From assembly GCA_040285825.1 (NCBI GenBank), contig JAUPSS010000004.1, positions 3,871,585 through 3,935,584 of the forward strand: 64,000 nt of DNA. The letters are read 5' to 3'. Every line of letters begins with the position of its first letter. Position 1 is the first letter of the stretch. A model generated the notes under the pieces. It saw only the letters and a list, made by a program, of their open reading frames with translations, was not told the DNA's origin and searched no databases. The translations under genes were made by a program, and so were the position numbers. Shown in pieces: positions 22,085-34,116 of the stretch. Source of the DNA: Eukaryota sp. TZLM1-RC (Eukaryota; Protista; Metamonada: BaSk clade).

Positions 22085-22999
22085 AACCTTACTGAAAACG
22101 GAAGGTGCAGAGACAATAAGAAATGATTGATTTCTGAGTTTCAATTACTTTTAAAATTTGGTTCATTTTCAACTTATTACACCCACAAAACAATAAAACA
22201 TGGACAAAGTGATATATAGACACCAATTATAATAGATACTAGATGTGCTTTAAGCATTGTCTTTCCTAATAATAGTAAACTGATGTAAAGTTTGATGAAA
22301 TTGTTCTTAGTCACCGTAGTTGTTCGTTCAATTAAGGGTGTTTGTAAATTTAATAAATTCGTAAAATTTCACAATTTAATTATTTTATTCAGTACAAACA
22401 TGTTACCAAGGGAAGTCAGAACATCCGTTTATTCCTCCCCATTTCGTTCCCTTTTTGATGGAGAACCTTTCGCTTGTGATTTTGGTAAAATTGCTGACTT
22501 TTCTTTTATAGAGAATATAGGTTTCGTTCAGTGGGCTTACACATTGACCATAAAACCTTTATCTCGGATTCCATAAAATAAACTAGCGACAGATAACTAA
22601 CAAAAGACAGTCTGTAGAGGTACTATCGGCTACTCTTGAGTCTAAACTCGAGTCTATTGCTGATGGTCCATCCCAAACTGCGCCACCCTCTTCAACAGCA
22701 ACCCAAGCTCGTCCTCCTTTACGCTCCCCCACCTCTACCCCCACGTGATCTTCCTGAGTTTTAGATGAATCTCCTTAATAGTTCTCCTTCATCATCTGTG
22801 AAATTTGTCACACTACCTGATAGAGTAAAGTATGTCAAGCTGTTGAAATCAGTCTGAATAAAGTACAATATCAAACTTGATCACGATTGTAGTGTATTTG
22901 GTGTTGAGAGTAATGTTTTTGAATACGCAACTCTTGAAATATATGTAGATAATGGAAGGTTTACTGAGTGACTGTCAAACTTTTCTTAGGTATTATTAA

Positions 23000-23950
23000 T
23001 TTATTTAACATAAAACATGAAAACATACAATACACAATTAAAACCCAACATCCACAAAGCCTGCCTCCCCTACATCAAAACAATTAATTGCTGAAGATTC
23101 AGAAAATTTCCCAAAAGAAGAGAGTGAATCAAAAACTAGTTTTATCATTCCCTTAAAAAACAGAAAATACAATCCTATTTTGCCAGTAAACACGATTGAA
23201 AATTTTTCCAATTCTTTTCTTTACAACTACAACAAAATCATCAAGGGAAAGCCATAGCAGCCTTACCTAGAGATCCAAGCAACGAAAAAACAAAGGGACA
23301 TAAATTATATTGGGTATGAGAATTTTCATTAACTGAGGAAATGGGTTTCGCATATTTAGCAATTTTATATTTTTCGCCAGCAAGAAGAGGATTATTTACA
23401 TCTGAGTCAATGAAATGTTCGTTAGAAGAATTACAAGGGTCAATAGACATGGCGTCCAAAATAGTAAAACTACCATTTAAACCGGGAACAACTAGATCAC
23501 CTCTTGTCAGACCCGTAGAAGCTCTGTTGTAACGCGTACTATATTGGGCTCTTGAAGAATTCATTTTGATCGCAAACGCTCTCAAAAGAAATCTACTCGA
23601 AATGATTTACACATTACATAAATTTAATCCCTGACATTATTATGCACTTTACTTCTAAATGTAATGAAATAATTACAGTTCAAAAAATGAGTAAACAAAA
23701 GAGGTTTACCACATTTACAAATTAAATGATTGGGCAAATTATTTGGCCAGAGAAAACAACGAAAACGCATGTTTAACAGCCATTCATTGTTTTTTTAACA
23801 AAAGTCCATAAACAGAGGAAATTTGAGTTACTAAAGCAGCAGCAGAACTACCACGAATGTCCGTTAAAAATTTCCGAAAGCGGGATTTTCAGTTTTGGCT
23901 AAGCCAAGTCTTACTTCATAATTCAAGCTTTCATAGAATTTAACCAAATG
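23000..23950 (-). mobile_element. CRE-like non-LTR 3' fragment (RLE, family B-like)
   Basis: RGDLVVPGLNGSFTILDAMSIDPCN..GEKYKIAKY..CPFVFSLLGSLGKAA; homologous to 14080-14574. Confidence 0.8.
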
Positions 23951-23999
23951 GTGCTGAAACTTTTTTTAGGCAAAAACGTAAATTTGGAAGTGATCGGTT

Positions 24000-24545
24000 G
24001 GGAATTTTTTAAACATTAAACTTGGTTCATATTGTGCGTCTTTGCAAACTTTTTAATTGACCTTCAAGACAGTATCCCAAGTTGCCTAATCTCTTAAGTT
24101 CCCAACATTTATGACCTTAATGGACCACTTAATGGACCATAATGGACCACTGTTATGAGAATGAAATGTTTCTTATGGCCTTGTTCGTTACCAAATAATC
24201 TAATTTGTCCCTGCAAGAATGTGGTTACGCTTTCCCGTATTTTGAACTGCAATTATTTTTTTACCTTTCGCTCAATTGTTCATGATTCAGTTCGTGATCA
24301 AATATATGCTATGTGCAAAAGTTTCAATATAGAGGCCTTTATTGAACCTTTAGTTCGTAAGCTATCTCCACATCAAACTGATGATTCCTTAGGTAAAAGA
24401 AGAGCAGATTTAGTAGCACCAGGGATCGACGGTGTTCTCAACGTTGTGGATGTTGTCTCATTAGATGTGTGCAAAATTCTGCTGCTCGTTTGGCGTATTC
24501 TGCTGAAGTTTTCCAATAAAATCAATATCGATGTGGGAAGTACTA
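24000..24545 (+). mobile_element. CRE-like non-LTR fragment (zinc knuckle plus RLE)
   Basis: CPC..ILNC, HDSVRD, IEP, RRADLV, VVDVVSLDVC. Confidence 0.8.
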
Positions 24546-24549
24546 TTTG

Positions 24550-25280
24550 ATTTGCCAATTTTGTTACCAAGAATGTCGTTATATTCAACATTCTGTGAGT
24601 CCAGCAAACTTATCTTGCCATTTCTGATGTAAGGTGGTAAGACAGAATTGCTCAGTGAAGGAGCATTAAAATGCTTCTCATGATTAATTAGTAAAGCAAA
24701 ATAGTCTCCTCTAACTGAAACAAGGCCAACCAATCATCTTGTGCCACTGCAACTCTTTCGTATGATTTTTTGTATTACTCTAAACTATGAATTTTAGCTA
24801 TAGCATCAAATGGCACAACATGCTTCTTTAAATAAACAGCCAAACTGGGAGTACATGGGTATCCATCATTTTGCCACCCATTACAACAATATTTTTTGTT
24901 GATAAACTCTACCGTTGCAAAATATTCTGCGTTTGCAGCCTTGTTGGTGGTAGAGATTGTTACAAAGCATGTATGAGAAGAAAAGGCATTTATTGTAAAG
25001 TTACGTTGTGTAGAAGTTGGGACCTTACGAGATTTAGAGCGTCTTCCAGGTCTAGTGGATGTACTACGCAACTCGAAAGTACAAGTGGGTTCTTTACACT
25101 TCAGGGACCATCTATCTGGTCCAGTGTTGTCGACCGTTGCTTTAGCACCATGATGTAAGTTGCACGTACTAACAGCAAGCTTAAGCTCATCTTTAAAGTC
25201 AAACACAGTTCCAGGTTTCAATGCATCGTGACTGCTAACGGAGGCGCATCAGCTCTTCTAAGGCTTTGTTCTCGGCCATA
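24550..25280 (-). mobile_element. Internally deleted MULE/MuDR transposase remnant
   Basis: PGTVFDFKDELKLAV...CKEPTCTFELRS...HTC (MuDR N-terminal domain) joined to SWIM-region-like GYPC and VLPP pieces. Confidence 0.7.
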
Positions 25281-25370
25281 GTGTTCAAATTGGAGAAAGG
25301 AAGGGGAAATTAGACAGAATGGTAAAACGTGAGTAGATTTGAAGGGGTTCAAATAACTCTGATTCCTTTA

Positions 25371-27113
25371 ATGTCTTATTCAGATGAGGAGTTTGAAAGT
25401 TATGTATCCGACTTCGAAAGCTGTTCGTCAAGCAATGCTACAAGTCGTCCCCATACACCTCATCAACATCTTCAACAAATCATTGATGCAGAAAATGCTT
25501 CAATCACATCCAGTCCATCGCCAACAAAACAACTTACACACTCTCCCAAACCCTCAACTGTTAATTTCGTGTTTACGGCCCCATCTAAGCTTTCAAAATC
25601 TAAACAGAAACTTCTACGTCAAAAATACAATGCTGTAACTTCTGTTGTCTCCTTTGATTATTCTACTCCCTTCGCTTGCTTTTCTCTTAATGTTGTTAGT
25701 GGTTCTGCCCTTGGTCGTGGTGTGCAATGTGGAGGAATTGGACTGAATAAAGCAGTGGAAACTAGCATTGATGTTTGTGATGTTGCATGTACGGCAGATG
25801 TAGGGTTCTTTGACGCTGTTGCTGATTCTTCTAGGCAATCAACCGATGATGATTTCATCATCCCAGTCAAATCATCAATCAAATCATCAATCAAATGCGA
25901 TTTTAAACATTTATCTTCATTTGTTACGAAAATCTCAAATCCGATCCTTTCTCTTTTACACAGGTCGCTTTCTCAGAAAACTGTTGCAAAAACTATTTCA
26001 AGTATTGAATTACTAACAACAGTATCAAATGGAATTTCAAATTATGCATTGTCCAACTATTTACTTGCTTTTTCAGATTATTCAGGTTCAGAAATCAGTC
26101 TAATCAATCTCAATCAATCACGTGAGATACCAGTCAGAATTAAGCTTCCATGTAAGGCAGTGGATTTCAGTTTAGTTTCTTATTCTAATCAATCAATCTG
26201 TGATTATCTTTTGATTGGAGTTTCTGAAGAAGGATGTCCTTTTGTTTATAAAATATTTAATCACACAAATCTGGAATTTGCGGTAATTGATGGCATCTTT
26301 GATGATAAACTGTTTCACAATGCTCTACCTGGAAGAGCTCAGAATTGTCATGTGATATCACGTGGAAATGATTGGAAAAAAGATTGTGTTGAGTTTGCTG
26401 TATTATCTTGTTCAAATCTCTTGGGTTTCTACACTATTTGTCCATCAAAAGGTTCATTTTCTTTGCAATTCAATCTTGTTTATGACCTAATGACGTCACC
26501 AAAACTGACCACCGTTGACAAAGTTCATGATACCAAAAGACTGGTCAAATCACTAAAATCTTGCATTTCTGTTGGTTCTGCAGTTGCTGCTGATAGTAGT
26601 TTGTATTATCTTATTGGCACAAACACTTTTATCTTCCCATTCTCAATTAGCAATAGGAAAATGAAATCATCCATACCAAAGCGGTTTGAATTTTGTGGAC
26701 CTCAGTGCATATCTTCCAATACGTTTCTTCCAGAATTGTTCATGGTGTTCAACAAATTCTCTTTATCTTTGTTTAGTGTTAATAATTCAAAACCTAAATG
26801 GACGTTCAACTGTTTGTTTGAGCAAAATTTTACTGGTCTTTCATTTTCTTGGAGTGTTTTTGATCCTTTTATGTTTGCAATTAGTTATGGTCGACGACTT
26901 TTGATTTATGATCTGTCTTGGTCTTCTGCAAATGCAAGATCTTCTTTATTATTAGATGAACAAATTAGTTTTGTTGTTTGGTCAACAAATTGTCTTATCT
27001 TGTACTTGCAAAATGAAACTTTGGTAAATATGCCGTTTCCAGAGTTTGTCGTTGATCAAACAGTTTCTAACCCGGACCGAAGTCTGATTGATCAGTTACC
27101 ATCACTTGATTGA
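25371..27113 (+). CDS. Hypothetical protein with a disordered N-terminus and a probable beta-propeller (WD40-like) region
   Basis: 580 aa from ATG 25371; SWSVFDPFMFAISYGRRLLIYDL and ISFVVWS are WD40-like; AATAAA follows the stop. Confidence 0.7.
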   Translation: MSYSDEEFESYVSDFESCSSSNATSRPHTPHQHLQQIIDAENASITSSPSPTKQLTHSPKPSTVNFVFTAPSKLSKSKQKLLRQKYNAVTSVVSFDYSTPFACFSLNVVSGSALGRGVQCGGIGLNKAVETSIDVCDVACTADVGFFDAVADSSRQSTDDDFIIPVKSSIKSSIKCDFKHLSSFVTKISNPILSLLHRSLSQKTVAKTISSIELLTTVSNGISNYALSNYLLAFSDYSGSEISLINLNQSREIPVRIKLPCKAVDFSLVSYSNQSICDYLLIGVSEEGCPFVYKIFNHTNLEFAVIDGIFDDKLFHNALPGRAQNCHVISRGNDWKKDCVEFAVLSCSNLLGFYTICPSKGSFSLQFNLVYDLMTSPKLTTVDKVHDTKRLVKSLKSCISVGSAVAADSSLYYLIGTNTFIFPFSISNRKMKSSIPKRFEFCGPQCISSNTFLPELFMVFNKFSLSLFSVNNSKPKWTFNCLFEQNFTGLSFSWSVFDPFMFAISYGRRLLIYDLSWSSANARSSLLLDEQISFVVWSTNCLILYLQNETLVNMPFPEFVVDQTVSNPDRSLIDQLPSLD

Positions 27114-27521
27114 TTAGTGATTATGTCGAAATAAAATGATTTTATTTATATATTTTTAAACACTTCTTATCTGAATTTATCATTTTACTTGAATGAAACA
27201 AATTCATTTACCTTTGATAACAACAATAACACCATTAAAGTTCAAAAGTATCCACAAAGTATAATTCAGTAAGAACATTCTTGACCGTTTTTGCAATGGA
27301 TGAAACAAATTGTGTTAGGTGAAAGAGATTGGTGCAAAATGTTTTAATGTCAATTTAAACGCTACGACTGTCATTTGTCAACAGTTGGAGTGTATGAACA
27401 TAGTCGTTTCGGTTTGAAATATGGAGATTGAAACTCTGTGTTTGTGTTTTCAAGTGAAAGGCTTTGTTGAATAGAAATTTCTTAGAAATAGCGCGCCAAT
27501 CAAACCTGTCGATCCCCAACG

Positions 27522-29129
27522 ATGTCTTATCTTCCCGAGGAGTTTTGGGACTTTGATGATGTGGACTCTATATCACTAGAATCAGAAACAGATCTTACAT
27601 CATGTCAATCGGATATCTTGTCAAGATTTCAGACATCTATTCCTGACATTGACATACCTACAGCCATGTCACGAAATACTACGACTCCCGTAAACCCTCA
27701 GGATAAACCCGACAAGAACCATCAATCAGCCCCGGTTCCTTCGAACATACCCAAAGAATCTACCATCAGTTTGGTTCCAAGTTTTTCAGTTTCACCACCA
27801 AAGAATGTAAATCGGACACATGCTGCTCCAGCAGCGACAAAATCTCCGATCTTTCCACCACCGTCTCCGTCGTTTTCTCCACTGTTTGCACCTTCTCAAC
27901 AGAGGACTTTTCCTCCCTCAAGTAGCGGATCATCAGTGATGCTGACTCAACCACATGTTCCAATCAATCGGACAGCTACAAACACGTCGAACAAACAAAA
28001 CTATCCCCCCACACCCCAAGAACCTGGAGATAGTGAGGAACAAAAGCCAGTACTAACTGGAACTACTTCCAAGATTCTCCGATCTGATTCTATATCCTTT
28101 TCTATTAACTTGGCTGAGGTTGTTTTTGAAAAAGAACAAAAGGACCATCAACTCCGTCGTGCTCTTTGCCGCCCCGATTTTGCTATAGGAGATTCCGGAA
28201 TCTTTATCACTGGAACACAAGATATTCGCCCTGAAGCAGGAAAGGCCAACCTATTGATCATATCTGATATCAAAAAGTCTCCTACAAGTGGAGAGCTCTT
28301 TTGTTCATTTAGACAGTCCATGTCTGTACATGCTGCAGTACGAGATGTACATTTCTTAGATCATTCAAGAGCAGTAATTGCTGCTGGTGACAAACTTGCA
28401 ATCCTGGTCATCAATTTCAAGGAAGGGGTACAGGTGTTTGATTCCTCTACCATTCAATCTTTTTCATTTGAATGGCTGCCACCTTTCCACACTGATGAAA
28501 TTCGTGAAATTTGTATCCATCCTTCCAATAGGTCGATCATAGCTTCATGTGGCTTTGATGGCCAAATCTTTGTTTTAAATCTGACTTCAATAACTCAACC
28601 TCAGATCAGCTCTTCATTCAAACTCAATGAAGTTGTTGGTTCGGTGAGATGGAATCCCTTCGACACAACTCTACTCTCTGTCACTACGGACTCTGGATTG
28701 ATGTATACATTCGATACGCAACTTAACAAAACTGTTCGTATAATTCCTACTAACAAGAAAGGACTTTTCACACACTGTCCGTTGTCAAAAGAACAAGTGT
28801 TGTTTGGTTTTGATGATGGTACGATACACTTGCACGATGTATCAAAGAATCAACATTTAATCTCATTTCATGATATTTCTGTTACGTGTATTGGAGATAT
28901 CCACATGTTTGCAGACGTAAGCACCTCTCTTCAATACCTAACATGCTCTGGTATTGGTGGAGTTACATTATGGTCTGTGGTGAAGGACCAAATGAGTGTA
29001 GTTGATAGTGGCAAGGTGAACACTAGTTGTGGAGGTCCTGATTATTATTCTTCTTCTTGTTTTGTACCATTTATGAAGGCCATTGCTGTAACTGATTCTG
29101 AAGGGAATTTTATAATTCTCAAATACTAG
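27522..29129 (+). CDS. WD40-repeat protein with a Pro/Ser/Thr-rich N-terminus
   Basis: 535 aa; HTDEIREICIHP..IASCGFDGQIFVLNL, VGSVRWNP, FGFDDGTIHLHDV. Confidence 0.88.
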   Translation: MSYLPEEFWDFDDVDSISLESETDLTSCQSDILSRFQTSIPDIDIPTAMSRNTTTPVNPQDKPDKNHQSAPVPSNIPKESTISLVPSFSVSPPKNVNRTHAAPAATKSPIFPPPSPSFSPLFAPSQQRTFPPSSSGSSVMLTQPHVPINRTATNTSNKQNYPPTPQEPGDSEEQKPVLTGTTSKILRSDSISFSINLAEVVFEKEQKDHQLRRALCRPDFAIGDSGIFITGTQDIRPEAGKANLLIISDIKKSPTSGELFCSFRQSMSVHAAVRDVHFLDHSRAVIAAGDKLAILVINFKEGVQVFDSSTIQSFSFEWLPPFHTDEIREICIHPSNRSIIASCGFDGQIFVLNLTSITQPQISSSFKLNEVVGSVRWNPFDTTLLSVTTDSGLMYTFDTQLNKTVRIIPTNKKGLFTHCPLSKEQVLFGFDDGTIHLHDVSKNQHLISFHDISVTCIGDIHMFADVSTSLQYLTCSGIGGVTLWSVVKDQMSVVDSGKVNTSCGGPDYYSSSCFVPFMKAIAVTDSEGNFIILKY

Positions 29130-29719
29130 GGGTGCGATCCACTCTTTGGTTTGTGTGTGTAATAAAGAGCTTACCAGTATTAGCTAGTATTATAGTCTAG
29201 TTGTGTCAACAAATAAAGTATGCAATCAACAGTTGGTGAACATAAGGTCGAGGTCAATTCTCTTGTTCTTTAGAATTATTTTCCAAAACAAGTCAGCATA
29301 GTCATAAAGAGAAACTAGGAAAACTAAGTGAACTTGGTCATTAAATCCCATATTAATTCCTATTTTGAAGATGTTGAAAATAGTTTTATTCCAACAAAAT
29401 TCCCAAGTATTCACTATTTTATCTAAAGCGCGACGATATTTGTGTGTCTGAAATAAAATTATTGCAATTCATTATCATTATAAACAGAAGTCAAACAAAG
29501 ATACATCTCTGAAAAAACAAAATCAATAGTGGCAGAGACAAACAGCTTTCATTACCCAAAAAATAGTTTCAACCAACACTAAAAAAATGACTTAACTTAA
29601 ACTTTATTCCTGACAGCAGAGACATCACAAAGTCTCTACACAAGACACAAGATGTCGCAATAAACATGACCTTATAACTCAGACTAAAAGAAAAAAAGAT
29701 CTTGTACAAAAAAAATTAA

Positions 29720-31927
29720 TTAAACCTTACAATAGAAATCTTCTCTGTCAAGATCTGCAGAGTATATTTTGAGCAAATTACTAATTGTAGGTCCAAAAAA
29801 TTCATTACCCAATAGAATATGCTGCGGAATCACACCAACATTTTCCTTAACTGAAATAACTAAATCGGAAAAGCTTTCCCATGGATATCTCTCAGGAAAC
29901 TCAGATCGCAAAGCTTCATATACATCGACATAGGTAGAATCAAGTTCAGTTGAGATTTGATACATTTCTCTTGCTTGCATCCTGCAACGAATGGAGACCA
30001 AAACAGGAACGGGAGGATGAGATGCTAGACTCTGAATAAACTGAGTAGCAAACTGTTTGTGTAGCTTTTCTTGGAGATTGGATTTTGCATCAACTCCAAT
30101 AATAAGTTGGGAATTAGGTTTTCCGTCTATCAAAATTAGATCAGGACCAGCAGCGTCCTTGCCATTCTTCCAAATATTTCCCCTACACGATTCCAATTCT
30201 TTCCAAGTACATACTTCATCTTGACTAATTAAACACTGAATCTTAAGGTTTTTGATAATTGCTTTCGATGGTTTGAAATGCAGAACTTTCAGACGTAAAG
30301 TTTCCTTCAATTGGATGGAATACTGCTGGGAATTCCAAATACAATGGTCAGGATTAGATGAAGTTTGACTTGGTCCAAATAAATAAATGAGGGAGTGGCA
30401 TTGGGAAATTGGTTCAACTTTAGGAAAAAGTTGACTCCGCAAAATAAGAAAATTGCCGATTAATTCTTCAAATGACTTCCCCATTTCTGTAGCAAACTTA
30501 TCTTTGGCCATTTTTAGGGCATCGCCATCAACTTGATTAAATGTCTTCTTATCAATAAACAAGTCAACAATAGTGTTGATCAATGAATCGAGTTGTTGCA
30601 ACAGAGCAGGGGAGACATAACATGAGATGGACCATTTAAGATCAAAATAAGACAAAATACAATGATAGCGTGTTAATTGAAAAGAGTCTCTACTGTGCTG
30701 TGGTGGAGGAAGGACTAATGGATTCAACATAAAGAAAGCATCAGCTTCAAAACAATCCATAGCCAAGTTTCCACTGTTTAATCGTACTTGATCACAATGA
30801 AATTCACCGAATGAGGACATTTGAGGCGACAAAGCAAGAGGAAAAGCTGCAACAGCGAGTGCTTGAATAAGAGGATTTAAAGGAGAAACATCTGAAGTGT
30901 TGATTTCAGGCGATACATTCCACTTTCTGGTTTTCTTGAAGGCGTTAAGGGTCCTAATAATTGTTCTTGGATTACCCGAACACTGAATGAGACATTTGAG
31001 TGCTTCTGTAAGGTTAACACCACTTGGAAGATCAGCTTGTTGAATGAATTGGTATAAATGATTTAGATCTGAGATGGCTTCAAGCCTGTAAGTAATCACC
31101 TTGAATTTGGAATTTTCTAAACATTGTTGGATATATTGACGATAAAGTCCAGCGACAAACGGTAAACCAACACCATTATGAATAAGATTTCTAAAAAAAG
31201 GAAACCATTCAGGAATAACAGACCCACCTTCACAGTTGGAGTTCCGGTTGGAAGAAGGAATTTCATCAAAAAAGAAGAGAAAAGGTAAGTTCGATTCATT
31301 ACCCAGTGATTTCCAATAATTCAAGGCATCGTCTTCATTTTGAAAAAAAGATAAAGAATTGTCTATTGTTTTTGGAGAGAATCTGGATAAGAGGAAATCG
31401 AGGTCTTTTAGAAAACGATTCATTGGTCTCGAATTAACTCCAGGTAGCAGAGATTTCAGGTTACTAAAGAAGAAGCCTGAGGTGGGTGGAGAATAAGGAA
31501 TGTTGAGATATAATGCAATGTACTCGAGAAGATATTCAGTAGCATTTTCAAACGAACAGTCAGGGAGCTCCATGGCGACAAAACGACCGGAAAGATATAG
31601 ATAAACTAAAAGGTCAGCAATACATGGAGTACTCCCAATGACTTTTTGAGAATGACCAAGCGAGATGTACAAATCTGAAAGAATATCGTTACGTCCATTA
31701 GGCTCAACAAGAGAGTGTAAACAGCTAGCTCCAAAAGTTGTTTTACCAGACCCACGAGTACCAATCACAGCATTGATACATGGCTTCTCATTTTTGCCAA
31801 TTGTTCTGAACAGAGAAAGTTGATCGCATAGATTGAGTGTGAAAGAAAGGATAGCTCCGATTCTATTGATCATTGATTTAGATTGCAGGGCCTTATAAGA
31901 GTTCACACCTCGGATCAGAATAGACAT
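29720..31927 (-). CDS. P-loop NTPase fused to a C-terminal PD-(D/E)xK REase-like domain (Crinkler/RHS-like effector architecture)
   Basis: 735 aa; Walker A GTRGSGKT, Walker B LFFFDE, SGNPR, GKSFEELIG, and NGKDAAGPDLIL...IIGVDAK. Confidence 0.7.
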   Translation of the reverse strand: MSILIRGVNSYKALQSKSMINRIGAILSFTLNLCDQLSLFRTIGKNEKPCINAVIGTRGSGKTTFGASCLHSLVEPNGRNDILSDLYISLGHSQKVIGSTPCIADLLVYLYLSGRFVAMELPDCSFENATEYLLEYIALYLNIPYSPPTSGFFFSNLKSLLPGVNSRPMNRFLKDLDFLLSRFSPKTIDNSLSFFQNEDDALNYWKSLGNESNLPFLFFFDEIPSSNRNSNCEGGSVIPEWFPFFRNLIHNGVGLPFVAGLYRQYIQQCLENSKFKVITYRLEAISDLNHLYQFIQQADLPSGVNLTEALKCLIQCSGNPRTIIRTLNAFKKTRKWNVSPEINTSDVSPLNPLIQALAVAAFPLALSPQMSSFGEFHCDQVRLNSGNLAMDCFEADAFFMLNPLVLPPPQHSRDSFQLTRYHCILSYFDLKWSISCYVSPALLQQLDSLINTIVDLFIDKKTFNQVDGDALKMAKDKFATEMGKSFEELIGNFLILRSQLFPKVEPISQCHSLIYLFGPSQTSSNPDHCIWNSQQYSIQLKETLRLKVLHFKPSKAIIKNLKIQCLISQDEVCTWKELESCRGNIWKNGKDAAGPDLILIDGKPNSQLIIGVDAKSNLQEKLHKQFATQFIQSLASHPPVPVLVSIRCRMQAREMYQISTELDSTYVDVYEALRSEFPERYPWESFSDLVISVKENVGVIPQHILLGNEFFGPTISNLLKIYSADLDREDFYCKV

Positions 31928-31956
31928 GGTTGACCAAGATTAATACCATTTATATA

Positions 31957-33881
31957 GAGTCTGACAAAATACACCAGCTATTGCACCAGTTATTAAGAAT
32001 TGTTTGAAAAATTGAATTTAATTTCTGAAAAAAAATGACCGAATTATGAAATTAGATATACAAAAACATATCAAATTTACCATTATAAGACTATGTTTAA
32101 GTTCCAATTTTAATCATATATTTCGATCTACAAATCCTCTTATCACTAGGCCTTTGGCCCAGAAGTTTAATGAATTACGTGCAACAGTTTTGTCACAATT
32201 ACTAGGATGTAAAATGTTCCGAATTCCTGATCATGCTTATCTTAGTCCACATTATGACGGTTTAGGTTGGACAAAGGCTTCTATTCTTACTTCATGTGCT
32301 TCTATTGGTGGATGCAGAGATGCAATATTTGAGTTTTCTGAAAGATTTGCCGATTGGGAAGATTTATCAATGACAACGCAAAGTTCCACTGTTTTTGCAT
32401 TAAATGAAGAAATTTCAAAAATTAAAGTTGAAAAATGCAATCGATGCTTTCCCCAATCATTCAATGGAAATATTCCTGAAAAGGTTTTTTTAAATTTTAA
32501 ATACACTCTTCGAACATTACAGAAACGACTCACTTCAATGTATGAAAATGATCTTTATAAAATTAAATGCAAGTCGGCTGTTTTGAATCAAGATCTTCAC
32601 TCATTGTTATTGGAAAAGGGTGTTTGTGAAAATCAACATCAGATTCTTCACTTTTTGTAAAACTTGTACCACGAAGATTTGGACTGTGTGCTAATGATGA
32701 AGCGTTTGTAACAAAAATGAGATTATATTTGAATATCCCCATTAATCAATTATTATCAAAAGAAAAATGTATTTGTTCGAATTCACCACAGCTCACTTTG
32801 CGTCATGCTGTAAATTGTTCGAAATTGATAACTTATCGTTCTTCATTACATGATGCTGTTAGAGACACTGTTTTTAATATGGCTCGAACTGCAAGAATTT
32901 CGTGTATCAAAGAGCCTCTGCTGAAGGAAACATTGTGATCGAATAATTTTGGTTCTGATGATAGAGGTGATGTGCACTGTGATTGGATTGACAACTCTGA
33001 AGTTGTTGTTGATTTTGTCTCATGTAATGTTGCAAACGACACTTTGGTTCAAAGTAGAAAATTTAATCCTGTATATGCTCTTGAATCTAAAGCCAAAAAA
33101 CTTAGAAGATATGGCAAAGATATTGAAGAAGCTAATGTTGATAGAAATAGACCACTTGTTTTTATTGCTTTCCCATTTTCGATAAACGGAAGACTATCAG
33201 TAGAAGCAGCCATTTTTTTTGATGATTTCCAAAAAATGGTTGACAAAACAATGAAAAGATTTGGTATCTGATAGTGGCGCTCTTGAATTAATTTTGCATT
33301 ATTAATAGATCGCGTCGATTCTGCAATCGAATTAGAGAAGCTTTAGCTAGACAGCAAACAGATCAAGATTTTGTAAAGGAAATCTTGGTTCAATGAATTT
33401 CGTCCTATTAGTTATGAGTTTATTTTGTTGAGTGTGCAAGATCATTAAACAAAAATACCAGTTATTTAAATTTTTTCGGTAGTTTGCACCATTTTATTAA
33501 TCTGTGCACCAGTGTAAAATGCACCAGTGTAATTTACAAAACACCATTTCTATCTGGTACATATCACCACCTTGTGCTTCTTCATTTATCTAGTGTTACA
33601 AACGTGGCAGACTGTTAGGTTCAAAAAACGTTAGACGCCAACCTTCGGCATTTGAAATCGCGCCAAGAGGTAGACTCAATGAGAACCAGTAATGCAATTT
33701 CTACCTAGATTGTCTACGCAATGCCATCTCGTTCATATTTATTGTTTCCTTCACCTTAATAAACCTACTCTATTTTATTTAGCATTCTCAACAGCTCGAA
33801 AACAAATTTAAATAGTAAGTGGTGCAACAAACTTAATAATTTAATTAACTGGTGCAATAACTGGTGTATTTAGTCAGAGTC
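31957..33881. mobile_element. Non-autonomous TIR DNA element (MITE/MULE-like) with ~40-bp TIRs, carrying a nested retroelement
   Basis: Left end GAGTCTGACAAAATACACCAGCTATTGCACCAGTTATTAA; reverse complement of right end GACTCTGACTAAATACACCAGTTATTGCACCAGTTAATTAA; internal GCACCAGT subrepeats; no clean TSD seen. Confidence 0.75.
31995..33456 (+). mobile_element. CRE-like family A retrotransposon, 5'-truncated (post-RT, zinc knuckle, RLE, 3' UTR)
   Basis: IIRLCLSSNFNHIFR, GLGW, CIC..HAVNC, HDAVRD, RGDV, FPFSINGRL; ACCAGTTATT at 31985-31994 and 33457-33466 is a possible TSD. Confidence 0.88.
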
Positions 33882-34116
33882 ATTATTTAATTTAGAAATC
33901 ATGGTAACTCACGTGCGAATTACCATATTTACCCAATTGCAATATCGTTGTATAGATGTCATAGGAAAATTGTATTTTAGACTGATAAATTTTATGATCG
34001 GACGATGATGTGATTATTGTGTGTTCAAACCATGAGCATTGAATTTTTATCATAATCTATGAAATATAGAAAGATTGATAAAGCATATTTACTGAAAAAA
34101 TAATCAAATCCTACAA

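Noticed and set aside
18104-22205. Possible Fanzor TIRs (GTCTATGGTTTTTATTT versus GTCCATGTTTTATTGT)
   Set aside because: Short, AT-rich and imperfect with no TSD; cannot be supported without other copies.
22390-22990. Possible transposase accompanying the Fanzor
   Set aside because: Short interrupted + strand ORFs with no recognisable DDE, Y1, serine-recombinase or Helitron motif.
29226-29450. 62-aa ORF
   Set aside because: Resembles a tiny RLE-element 3' remnant (FCWNKTIFNIFK) but is too degraded to call.
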